DNA of 50,296 bases. Origin: Candidatus Hadarchaeales archaeon (GTDB taxonomy: Archaea > Hadarchaeota > Hadarchaeia > Hadarchaeales > JAWBSP01). Location of the stretch: positions 1-50,296 of the forward strand of contig JAWBSP010000004.1 of the NCBI GenBank assembly GCA_038842485.1, read 5' to 3'. The translations under genes were made by a program, and so were the position numbers. The notes beneath the pieces were generated by a model that had not been told where the DNA came from, ran no database searches, and saw only the letters and a list, made by a program, of their open reading frames with translations. Of this stretch, positions 27,151-35,597 are shown piece after piece (the stretch's first letter is position 1; each line of letters opens with the position of its first letter).

Positions 27151-29684
27151 ACTCTCAGCAGGATGGTACAGATTTCGTGTGGCGAGAGCCTCCCTCTGAC
27201 CACCTTCCCTTCCACCTTCAGGGGCTCGTACCTCTCTCTCTCATCCATCGAGACCTTCCAGGCCTCACGAACGTGGCGGAAGAAGTGGAGGGTAAACTCC
27301 GTCTCTCTCCCACCACACTCGTAGACTCTGGCCACCAAACCCTCCCCATTCTCTGCCCGCTTCAGGGTGGTTAGAAGAACGTTAGAGGGAGAGAGGGAAA
27401 GAAAACTCTTGGTTGGGGGGAGCTCGCCATCGTGGGGCGAAAGCAGTTCAACGACGGGCGGGGTGTTGAATTCCAGCCCCCTCCAAGTCGCTTCCTCCAC
27501 TCCCCCACGGGACGAGAACAGCGCGTAAGAAAACCTGTGGCTCCCCCTCTCCCACGCATCGGATTTCCTCCAGTTTAGGAAATACGGATAAAGATGGTCC
27601 GGTATGGTTACTCCACCCTTCAGCTGGACGGGAGGGCCTGGGGAAGAGAACTCCCGCAACATGAGGTAGTGGTGATCCATCACATACTCCTCGTAGTAGC
27701 GGTGACCCTTCAAGAGGCGTAGGTTTGCCCGCATGAGGGTTCTGACGATGCTGCCCAAGTTCCTGAACAGGTGCAGGGCGAACGGCAGGGAGAGCACCGA
27801 AACGCTCCTGAACAGACCGAGCGAGATGACGTTCCCTCTCACCTCGCAGGAGGGAATTCCGCGGTTCAGCACATACGCGCCGAACTCTCCCTCCCTGATT
27901 CCCACCCAGTTCTGGATCGGCCAGTGTCCATCCCCCCTCTCCACGAAGGCGAAGGGTACCTCGTGCAGAACCTTCCCCCGCAGAGCCAACGGGAACAGAG
28001 TTCTAACCCTGCAGTCTCGCCCCCTGAAGTCAATCAGGGTCTCAAAGAAAACCATCTTGACTCCCGAGTACAGGCTCACGCGCTGCACCCGATGCATCGC
28101 ATGGTGTTCACCGGAAATCTCGACCGTGGCTCTGACGGGTCCCCGCTCGGTTACCCTGACCTCCGTGGGGTAGGTGTCCCTCCACACCCTCCCCGTCCTG
28201 CGGATGTACCACAGGTTCCCCACATCCTCCTCAACCAGGAGTTCGCCTCCGCTCGCCTCCTCCGTGTCCAGGAGTTCCCTGCCTTCCTCCCTGTCGAAAA
28301 TCGATATTGCCCCGTGAGGACCCACCTGTACTCTGTAAAACTCGTTTTCTATCATGGTCCCCCTCACGTGCAAATCCGTTTCGAAGAGCCTGCTCCTGCC
28401 CCTCCTGAGGTGAAAGAGGGAGTAACCCATTGGAGGCAGCTCTGTCACGAAGATGGTCTTCCCCTCCGAGTACTGCACGGGGAGTTCCTCCTCACCGGAA
28501 AACACGCGGTGTATCCCTTCCACCTCAACCGGCACCCTCCGCTCCCTTGCAAGGGTGTTGAAAACCAGGAGGGGATCTCCCCTTCCCCTCGTCCTCACCA
28601 GCGAACCCAGATGCTGGAGCGCCTCAGAGCGCTTGTGGAGGGCGCCCCTCAAGCTGGCGATATACCTGAGGAGGGTGTTCCTGTAAACCGGGTCTGTCCC
28701 GGTTCCCGTGATGAGGTCGTGATGGTTGTTAAGAAGGATATTCTCCCACTCCTCCTCCAGATCTGGGTACTGTCCATCCAGCAGGAGGGCTAGCGCAGAG
28801 AGCTTCTCGGTATCCAGAATCGCCACCTCGGTTTCCCTGCAGAGCTTCTTAACCCTCTCCCTCGACTCGTAGGTTCCCGTGAAGACCGGATTCAGTTCCC
28901 CCCTATAGACGGGGAGGGCTTTGGCGTGTTTTTCCAGCTCTGCCAGAAATTCTCGGGGAATCGAAATCCTCATCTTAGGAGACTTCCCCTCGTTCCACCT
29001 CCTCACCCACTCCAGCCATTCCTCGCGGGGAACGGAGAAGTCCCCCCCCACCGTGACAAGGTAGTTGCCCGTTGGGGAGATTTCCCAAGAGAGCTGAACC
29101 TCGAGCTGTTTCAGGGGATCTGGCCCGGCTGGAAAGGCTGGAAAGGTGTATCCCTCCGAGAGCCAGTGAGCGAGGAGCCTCGTGCCATCCGGGGCTTCCC
29201 ACTGGAAGTCAACCGGCCTCCGCTCGAACCACCTTATCCCCCTTGAAAAAACCAGCCAGCGGAAGCCACACTTCCTCAGGATCTGAGGGAGCTGGGCGGT
29301 GTGCCCGAACTCATCGATGAGCCAGCCTGTGGTACACTCCGCCCCGAACTCGCGAAGGATTTTCTTCCTGCCCAGCACAAACTGTCTCACTAGGGCCTCG
29401 CCGCATGGTAGGTTCTCGTCCGGAGCCGCCAGCGTTCCCCCCACGAACTCGACCCTACCCTCCTGCGCGAACTTCCTCAGCTTCTCAACCAGCTCGCGGT
29501 CACCCAAGACCGGCTCCACCGCTGTGAAGGTGTCGATGGTAAACTTGAACTCGGGATACCTCTCCAGCAGTTCAACGGCTTTACGGAGGATTTGCTGGGC
29601 GTCCCTCGCATACCCCTCCCTGGTCTTCCACCATTCGAAGTCGAAGTGAAAGTGCGGAACGGCAAAGATCTCAGGCAAGCTCAA
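27147..29684 (-). CDS. Glycoside hydrolase family 38 (alpha-mannosidase-like)
   Basis: PHFHFDFEW, GEALVRQF, WLIDEFGH, WEAPDG, GTYESR, HHDLITGT, LKRAENG. Confidence 0.92.
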   Translation of the reverse strand: MSLPEIFAVPHFHFDFEWWKTREGYARDAQQILRKAVELLERYPEFKFTIDTFTAVEPVLGDRELVEKLRKFAQEGRVEFVGGTLAAPDENLPCGEALVRQFVLGRKKILREFGAECTTGWLIDEFGHTAQLPQILRKCGFRWLVFSRGIRWFERRPVDFQWEAPDGTRLLAHWLSEGYTFPAFPAGPDPLKQLEVQLSWEISPTGNYLVTVGGDFSVPREEWLEWVRRWNEGKSPKMRISIPREFLAELEKHAKALPVYRGELNPVFTGTYESRERVKKLCRETEVAILDTEKLSALALLLDGQYPDLEEEWENILLNNHHDLITGTGTDPVYRNTLLRYIASLRGALHKRSEALQHLGSLVRTRGRGDPLLVFNTLARERRVPVEVEGIHRVFSGEEELPVQYSEGKTIFVTELPPMGYSLFHLRRGRSRLFETDLHVRGTMIENEFYRVQVGPHGAISIFDREEGRELLDTEEASGGELLVEEDVGNLWYIRRTGRVWRDTYPTEVRVTERGPVRATVEISGEHHAMHRVQRVSLYSGVKMVFFETLIDFRGRDCRVRTLFPLALRGKVLHEVPFAFVERGDGHWPIQNWVGIREGEFGAYVLNRGIPSCEVRGNVISLGLFRSVSVLSLPFALHLFRNLGSIVRTLMRANLRLLKGHRYYEEYVMDHHYLMLREFSSPGPPVQLKGGVTIPDHLYPYFLNWRKSDAWERGSHRFSYALFSSRGGVEEATWRGLEFNTPPVVELLSPHDGELPPTKSFLSLSPSNVLLTTLKRAENGEGLVARVYECGGRETEFTLHFFRHVREAWKVSMDERERYEPLKVEGKVVRGRLSPHEICTILLRV

Positions 29685-30900
29685 GCAGCTCCTTCGCCCT
29701 TTCCAGCGTTACGTTCCCCTCTTCCAGCATCCTGCGTGCTATCTCCTCCGCTCGCTCCCCCGTCGCCCCCGCCGCTAGGGCTAGCGCTCTCGCGTGCAGT
29801 TTCATATGCCCTTTTTGGATTCCCTCCGAAACCAGCGCCCTCAGCGCGGCTAGGTTCTGGGCTAGCCCCACGCAGGCCATGACCTCCGCCAGCTCCTTGG
29901 CACTCTGTATCCTCAGGATCTTCCTGCAAATTTTTGCCACCGGATGATGGGTGGCCCCGCCCACCGTCCCCACCGCTAGAGGGAGCTTTATCTTCCCGTA
30001 CAAGTCACCTCCTTCTGTTTCCCTCCACTCCGTGAGGGGATGGTATCCTCCTAGAGAGGCGTAGGCGTGGGCACCAGCCTCAATGGCCCGGGTGTCGTTT
30101 CCCGTTGCTAGGGCCACCGCCACAATCCCGTTCATGATTCCCTTATTGTGGGTGGCGCACCTGTACGTGTCCCTCTTGGCAATCTCGTTTGCCCGCACGA
30201 TGTTGCGAATCGTCTCCTCCCCCAGAACTCCCCTTGGAACGGTTGCCTCGGCCTCCGCGAGCCTGCGGTCGGCGAGGTTGGAGACCACGCGCAGAATCGC
30301 CCTTCCTCCCGTGAGTTCCTCCAGCTTGGGGGCCACGGCCTCACACATGGTATTAACGGCATTTGCCCCCATCGCGTCCCTCACGTCCACGAGGAGATGA
30401 ACCGCAAGCCCCCCCTCCAAGGTTCTAACCTCCACATCCCTCGCTCCTCCCCCCACCTTGAGGAGTGGTGGGTTCGTTCTGTTCGCCTCCTCCAAGAGTT
30501 CCTCCCTGTGGGACAGAATGAGCTGGGAAGCCTCCACAGGCTTTTGAACCTCCACTAGGTGAACTTGTCCTATCATGAGCGGCTCTGAGGCCGAAGCCCT
30601 GAACCCTCCCCCCTCCCTCACCATTTTGGCCGCGTTTGAGGCCGCCGCCACAACCGAGGGTTCCTCCGTGACCATGGGGATGAGATAGTCCTTCCCGTTT
30701 ATGAGGAAGTTGGTGGCGATCCCGAGGGGTAAGGAAAAAACTCCAATCACGTTCTCTATCATTCTCTCGGCATGGGAAAGGGACATGGGGGTCCGAAGCT
30801 GCTGTACCTCCTCTTCCGTCAGACCAGCGAACCGCTTCACCACCTCCAGCCTTTCCTCGAGCGGTAGCTTGTGAAAGTCAGGGAGCCTTGAGGTTTCCAT
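29671..30900 (-). CDS. mvaA: Hydroxymethylglutaryl-CoA reductase, class II
   Basis: MIENVIG, EEPSVVAA, DAMGANAVN, THNKGIMNG, GIQKGHMKLH; start at ATG 30900. Confidence 0.95.
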   Translation of the reverse strand: METSRLPDFHKLPLEERLEVVKRFAGLTEEEVQQLRTPMSLSHAERMIENVIGVFSLPLGIATNFLINGKDYLIPMVTEEPSVVAAASNAAKMVREGGGFRASASEPLMIGQVHLVEVQKPVEASQLILSHREELLEEANRTNPPLLKVGGGARDVEVRTLEGGLAVHLLVDVRDAMGANAVNTMCEAVAPKLEELTGGRAILRVVSNLADRRLAEAEATVPRGVLGEETIRNIVRANEIAKRDTYRCATHNKGIMNGIVAVALATGNDTRAIEAGAHAYASLGGYHPLTEWRETEGGDLYGKIKLPLAVGTVGGATHHPVAKICRKILRIQSAKELAEVMACVGLAQNLAALRALVSEGIQKGHMKLHARALALAAGATGERAEEIARRMLEEGNVTLERAKELLELA

Positions 30901-30952
30901 CGTAGTGTTGCGTCGCACAGATAAACTCCTAAAACCGCGAGCCTGTTACAGG

Positions 30953-31606
30953 ATGATTCATCCAGACGCTGTGAAACTGGGAAGGGCTCTGAGAGGGATG
31001 GATGGAATCAAAGCGGCCGTGGTTTTTGGCTCAGCCGCCAGGATGGAGGACTTCGTTGAAGGGCTGAGCGATATAGATGTGCTGGTGCTCCTAGAACGCA
31101 GGAACCCCAAGGTGGAGAGGGTAATCAGAGAGAAAGCCGCTGCGCTCGGAATCTCACCGGCCATCATGACCATGCGGGAGTTCGCTCGCGGTCTGCGGGC
31201 GGGAGATCCGGGCCTCCTGCTCATGTGCAGAGGCAGGCCCCTGTGGAGGTCGGACTGCTTTGAGTCCCTTAAAAAGGAAGCCCGCGTGACCCCCTTCACG
31301 CTCAAAAGGTTGCTTCAGCTGGCGAGGTGTGCCTTATCCATATCCCTGCGGGAACTCGACTCAAACCCCCCACAGGCTCTTTCCTCAGCGTATCACGCCG
31401 CTAGACACGCCCTGAGAGCACGCATCCTGAAAACCAAGAAGGTGCTGATGGATTCAAACGAAGAGATTCGACTGGCTCTCCCCGAGAAGGAAAGAGAAGA
31501 ATTCGAGAGCTTTCTGGAGGCGAGGAGAAGGTATGCGACCATAGAGAGAAAAGAGCTCAAAAGCCTCATCCGCTTGGCGCGCAGAATTATCGATAGAGAG
31601 AGCTGA
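30953..31606 (+). CDS. Minimal nucleotidyltransferase (MNT) fused to a HEPN-like domain
   Basis: VFGSAAR.ED..GLSDIDVLV; C-terminal ALSSAYHAARHALRA helical HEPN-like region. Confidence 0.8.
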   Translation: MIHPDAVKLGRALRGMDGIKAAVVFGSAARMEDFVEGLSDIDVLVLLERRNPKVERVIREKAAALGISPAIMTMREFARGLRAGDPGLLLMCRGRPLWRSDCFESLKKEARVTPFTLKRLLQLARCALSISLRELDSNPPQALSSAYHAARHALRARILKTKKVLMDSNEEIRLALPEKEREEFESFLEARRRYATIERKELKSLIRLARRIIDRES

Positions 31607-31650
31607 CATGGTTTTCGCTCCAACTATAACATCCTCGACTACTTCGACGC

Positions 31651-31966
31651 GTGTCACCATAGTAACACACACCGCTTACAACGAGATAGGAATAGTAACA
31701 TCGGCACCTGTTTTTAAAGCGAGAAAACAGAGATGTGTTACTATAGTAACATCAACCCATCTGTCATCTCCCTGCAGTTGGGGAACTACTAGCACGTGTT
31801 ACTAAGTAGCATTACAGTCCAAGAGAGAAGAGAAGGGCGAAATGGTGTCGTGCTGGTAACAGCGGAACTCCCAGCTGACTCTAGTTCACACCGGCTTCAG
31901 ATGTTTAAAAAATCAGTCACTTTTACAGCCTCGGCCAACCCGATGCCGATGTTACTATAGTAACAC
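31651..31966. repeat. Cluster of palindromic TGTTACTATAGTAACA sites
   Basis: Perfect copies at 31736-31751 and 31950-31965; 2-mismatch copy 31652-31667; degenerate copy 31796-31811; half-site 31692-31702. Confidence 0.9.
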
Positions 31967-31995
31967 ACCTCAATCGAAAATTATATGGGAGTAAT

Positions 31996-32436
31996 ATGAA
32001 AATGGAAAGCAGAGGGATTGAGCCTCTTGCCCTGAAACTTCTGGCGGGGATGATCCTGCTAGCAGTGGGATTGGGGGCTGGGATTACCCTGTACCGGAGA
32101 GCGGGGATGTCCGTTGAAAGTGCTCTGAAGTTTGAACTCAGCCTTGACCAAACTTCTTGGAGTCTTTCCAGACCCGAAAATGAAAATCGGCTGACAGTGT
32201 CCGTGAGCATCGAATCCGTGCTGCAGGACTATCGGGGAACCGTTAGCCTCTCAGCCGAGGGGCTCCCGGCTGGTGTTCAAGTCTTCTTCAGCCCCTCCTC
32301 GGGGACGTGCCCCTTTAGCTCCTCCATGACGGTGGTGGTCTCCGCTCAGGCACCCTCAGGAACCCATACAATCACAGTGAAGGCCACGGGGGATGGGAGC
32401 GTAAAGAGCAAACCCTTCACGCTGACCATCCAGTAG
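31996..32436 (+). CDS. Pilin-like protein: class III-type signal peptide plus Ig-like domain
   Basis: SRG|IEPLALKLLAGMILLAVGLGAG; LPAGV...FSPSSG..PFSSSMTV.V....PSGTHTITVKA. Confidence 0.7.
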   Translation: MKMESRGIEPLALKLLAGMILLAVGLGAGITLYRRAGMSVESALKFELSLDQTSWSLSRPENENRLTVSVSIESVLQDYRGTVSLSAEGLPAGVQVFFSPSSGTCPFSSSMTVVVSAQAPSGTHTITVKATGDGSVKSKPFTLTIQ

Positions 32437-32783
32437 TGATGTCTGTCCTTAGGGCGGTGGCCACCTGTGTCCTAGCGGCCATGGCGGTCTCTCTGGGGAC
32501 GCTGGGACTCAGAACCCTCGATACCGCCAGAAAGCACCAGCTCACCCTGAAGGGGGGTAGCCAAATCCTCTCGGCCGCCCGAACCTGTCTCGCCACAGGG
32601 AATGAACAGCAGGTGGAGATAGAAATTTACTCCCCCATCACGCTCCTGGAAAATCGAATCCTGATTGGAGAAACGCTCTACGGGGAGCTGGAGGGAAGAT
32701 TCCTCTCTAGGGTTGAACTGGCCCCCGGGAAGCACCGGCTTAGGGTAAGGCTTGAGAACGGCGGGCTGTGGGTGGAGGGATGA
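32436..32783 (+). CDS. Small N-terminal-TM protein (minor pilin-like)
   Basis: N-terminal hydrophobic helix, amphipathic helix, beta-rich tail; overlaps neighbours. Confidence 0.6.
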   Translation: MMSVLRAVATCVLAAMAVSLGTLGLRTLDTARKHQLTLKGGSQILSAARTCLATGNEQQVEIEIYSPITLLENRILIGETLYGELEGRFLSRVELAPGKHRLRVRLENGGLWVEG

Positions 32784-33151
32784 AGGAGCTCGTCCACAGT
32801 CTGTTCGTCCTGCTCGCCCTTCTCTCCCTCTTCCTGCTGGTGGCCGCCTCCTATCAGGCGTATCAGAGGAGTCTGGAGCTGGCTAGGATGAGCGATGTGG
32901 CCTGTTTGGTCGCCACCCAACTCTGTATGGGGGACCATGCAGGGATCCTTGATCCTAGGAACCTTTCCCTCGAGGGAACCTATGTGCTTGGGAGGGAAAA
33001 CTTCAGGTTCGGGATAAGGGTGTTTACCCTCGATGGACAGGAAATAGGTTCCGAGACCCCGGCCCCAGAGAGAAGGATCGAAGTGGAATTTCCCGTCCTG
33101 CTGGGGGAAACCCCCGCAAGGCTGAAGGTGATGGTTTGGAGAGGGGGCTAG
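32780..33151 (+). CDS. Small N-terminal-TM protein (minor pilin-like)
   Basis: ELVHSLFVLLALLSLFLLVAA; C-terminal PARLKVMVW; ATGA overlap. Confidence 0.6.
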   Translation: MKELVHSLFVLLALLSLFLLVAASYQAYQRSLELARMSDVACLVATQLCMGDHAGILDPRNLSLEGTYVLGRENFRFGIRVFTLDGQEIGSETPAPERRIEVEFPVLLGETPARLKVMVWRGG

Positions 33152-33570
33152 CCGACATCCTCACGCTTTGCTTCATCTTTGCTGCCTTGGTCTCAAGCAC
33201 CACCCTGCTGCTCCTGTGGGCGGATCTCCCTCTCCGCCAAGCCAGAGAAAGGCAGACCCAGCTTCGCTGTCAGCTCCTCTACTTCGCCCTCACGAACTTC
33301 AGACCCGAGAACTCACTCACAACCCTCCCCCTCGCGGCCGCCGAGAAGCTTCTGGGAATCCGGGAGTGGAGCGGTTTGGAGAACTCGGTGCTGGAAGTGC
33401 TCCGGTTCTGCGCGGGTGGTCCTTCCAAGGTCTCCTTCCAGCTGGAGAATGGGAAACTAGAAATCACGTCCCAGGAAGCTTGGAAATCCTCCTTCTGGGG
33501 GAGGCTCTCTCTCTTCCCAGCATGGGAGAACCACCCCCTTCAGCTGGAGATGGAGGTGAAGCTTGGCTAG
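33136..33570 (+). CDS. Pilin-like protein with class III-type N-terminus
   Basis: MERG|LADILTLCFIFAALVSS. Confidence 0.6.
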   Translation: MERGLADILTLCFIFAALVSSTTLLLLWADLPLRQARERQTQLRCQLLYFALTNFRPENSLTTLPLAAAEKLLGIREWSGLENSVLEVLRFCAGGPSKVSFQLENGKLEITSQEAWKSSFWGRLSLFPAWENHPLQLEMEVKLG

Positions 33571-34195
33571 AGCATCCGCCCCCCTTCTCGCCGTCTTTTT
33601 GCTCGGGATGCTCCTTCTCCTTCTTACTGCCTCCAGCATGTTGAGGGCGGGATACGAGCTGGAAACGAGGGAGCTTATTCTAAAGCAGGCCTCGCTCACG
33701 GCGAATTCTATCCTGAAGTCGGTGGAGTCAGAACTCAACTCTTATTTGTACTGGGCTTCCTCCTCAGTCATGTACGAGGTGGGATGGGAGGAAGGGAGCG
33801 AAAACGAGGTGGTGGAAGGTATCCTAACTAGGGCTATGATGCTTGAAAACGCGTGGAAATTTTCAAACGTGCAACTCGAACTCCATCTTGAAAACCTAAG
33901 GGAATTCTTGCACTGGCTCCCCGATGGTAGCTTGGAGATCCGGGGTTTCCTGCCAGCTTCAGCGAAACACGTGATGGGTCCCGAAGCCTTCGGTCTGAGG
34001 CTGGAGGTGAGCGGCCTCCCGCGCTTTCGCCGCTTGCATCAGCTGGCACTGCGACTCTCAGAACTCCACCTCACCCCCAACCTTATCGAGCGGCTCAACG
34101 AGAATCTCAGGGCCGAGGGACTGCAGGTCGAGGTCTTGGGAGGAACGATGATCATTCGGGACCTGTGGGCGCATCCCGTACTTGTGAAACGGTGA
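33563..34195 (+). CDS. Pilin-like protein with class III-type N-terminus
   Basis: MARA|SAPLLAVFLLGMLLLLL followed by a long helix. Confidence 0.6.
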   Translation: MARASAPLLAVFLLGMLLLLLTASSMLRAGYELETRELILKQASLTANSILKSVESELNSYLYWASSSVMYEVGWEEGSENEVVEGILTRAMMLENAWKFSNVQLELHLENLREFLHWLPDGSLEIRGFLPASAKHVMGPEAFGLRLEVSGLPRFRRLHQLALRLSELHLTPNLIERLNENLRAEGLQVEVLGGTMIIRDLWAHPVLVKR

Positions 34196-34220
34196 AAACG
34201 GATTAGAGAATTGAAGGAAA

Positions 34221-34646
34221 CTATGACTTCAGTTTCCTCGCAAACACCTCTATCGAAATTCTCTTCACGTTCGTTTTATCGAAGTGCAAATCATCACTAA
34301 TCAGGGACTTCTCGCCAAGTCTTCTCATCACAGCTAGATGAAGTGCATCGCGGGGTCTTAACCCAAACTCCTCCATTTCCCTTGTCATTCTCCAGACATC
34401 GGCATACTCGACTGACACAATGTCCAAGCCCGGGAGCGCAAGCGCGGCTCTACAGACTTCGACGGCTGTCCGAATATTGCTTCGGTGCATAACGGCCCAG
34501 GCCAACTCGTCCAGCGTTAAGCAACAGGTCTTAGCCTTTACCTTGGGTAAATTTGCTAAGATGTGTCGGGCTGCGTTGCCCAGTTCACCGGCTTCAAGGG
34601 CCGCGAACACGAACACGTTTGCGTCGAGATAAACCATACGCACCAC
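34221..34646 (-). CDS. vapC: VapC/PIN toxin
   Basis: VYLDANVF, TLDEL, PRDALHLA, ISDDLHFD. Confidence 0.92.
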   Translation of the reverse strand: MVRMVYLDANVFVFAALEAGELGNAARHILANLPKVKAKTCCLTLDELAWAVMHRSNIRTAVEVCRAALALPGLDIVSVEYADVWRMTREMEEFGLRPRDALHLAVMRRLGEKSLISDDLHFDKTNVKRISIEVFARKLKS

Positions 34647-34881
34647 CCATCACTTCCTCGTAGAGTCGGTCACCCCATTTGAGTTCCGACGCTTTCCCCC
34701 CGAATTTCGTTGCTATTTTCACAAAAGTCTGGATGGGATTCCGAGGAGCTGGGGACAGAATCATCCTATCCCCTTCCACCTCAAGCAGAACGGTATCGGA
34801 AGGCTTTATTCCGAGTCTTTCCCTTATCGGCTTTGGTATTACCACCTGTCCCTTTGGGCCCACCGTGGTTTTGAGTTTCAT
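34594..34881 (-). CDS. vapB: AbrB/MazE-family antitoxin (VapB)
   Basis: TTVGPKGQVVIPKPIRERLGIKP. Confidence 0.92.
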   Translation of the reverse strand: MKLKTTVGPKGQVVIPKPIRERLGIKPSDTVLLEVEGDRMILSPAPRNPIQTFVKIATKFGGKASELKWGDRLYEEVMGGAYGLSRRKRVRVRGP

Positions 34882-34882
34882 T

Positions 34883-34901
34883 GTATAACTTTAAGTTATA
34901 C
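34883..34901. promoter_or_regulatory. Perfect inverted repeat; likely VapB autoregulatory operator
   Basis: GTATAACTT-T-AAGTTATAC between the TATA-like ttttttaaa and the antitoxin start codon. Confidence 0.7.
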
Positions 34902-34966
34902 TTTTTTAAATTTTTGCAAACCAATAAACCAAATCGGTTTCTTGAAGACATGGCTAGGAAGTTCGC

Positions 34967-35305
34967 TCAAACGAAAAGAACTTCACCGGTCGGAACGTTA
35001 GGGGTTATCCTAAGTTTTTCCTGAGCTACCACCCCAAGCAACGGAACAATGGTCTCGAGGATGCTTACCCTTTCTTCGCCTGTTCTTTGATTTTTAATGG
35101 TTACCTTGACCGAAGCCGTCTTCCCCCCTAGCTTCCTTCCACCGAATGAAACCTCGGCTCTCCCCCAAGGTTTCAGCTCCAACTTTTTCGCCAAACTTTG
35201 AGGAATCACGAGCTCGGCACCCACTCCCCCACTGTTCAGCAGAAGCTTGGCATCAATTTCTTTGGCTCCATGTTGCAGTTTTGCGTTCACGTATACCTCA
35301 GGCAA
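34967..35305 (-). CDS. Clan AA (retropepsin-like) aspartic protease homolog, apparently inactive
   Basis: LLLNSGG in place of DT/SG; LVIPQSLAKKLEL; PLLGV..QEKL. Confidence 0.6.
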   Translation of the reverse strand: MPEVYVNAKLQHGAKEIDAKLLLNSGGVGAELVIPQSLAKKLELKPWGRAEVSFGGRKLGGKTASVKVTIKNQRTGEERVSILETIVPLLGVVAQEKLRITPNVPTGEVLFV

Positions 35306-35447
35306 TCACCCTCACCCTCATTCGACGCAGGGTTACTCGTTTGGATTTCTTCACCCTCATCACATGTAAAACAACCCTCCTCATCATTTATTCTCCATCA
35401 AAAAAGGAAAGAGTTTACCACCCTCCACCTCCTCGTCACCCTCTCAG

Positions 35448-35532
35448 CGCCGGGGAGGGGATTTGAACCCCTGAGGCGCGATGCGCCAACAGGTTAGCAA
35501 CCTGTCGCCCTACCTGGCTAGGCTACCCCGGC
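35448..35532 (-). tRNA. tRNA-Ser(GCT)
   Basis: GCCGGGG...ACAGG-TTGCTAA-CCTGT, long variable arm GGCGC-ATC-GCGCC, GGTTCAAATCC. Confidence 0.96.
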
Positions 35533-35597
35533 ATCAAAAAATTGTTTTGTGGAAATTAACCTTCAGAAACCCTAAAAACAGTAATGTGTAAAAACTT

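Noticed and set aside
31608-31805. 65-aa ORF with repeated VTIVT, and antisense ORFs 31454-31672 and 31923-32210
   Set aside because: The peptide repeat is just the translation of the DNA palindrome and appears on both strands; the region looks non-coding
31651-31966. Possible CRISPR array
   Set aside because: Repeats are only 16-19 bp, degenerate and irregularly spaced, and no cas genes are present
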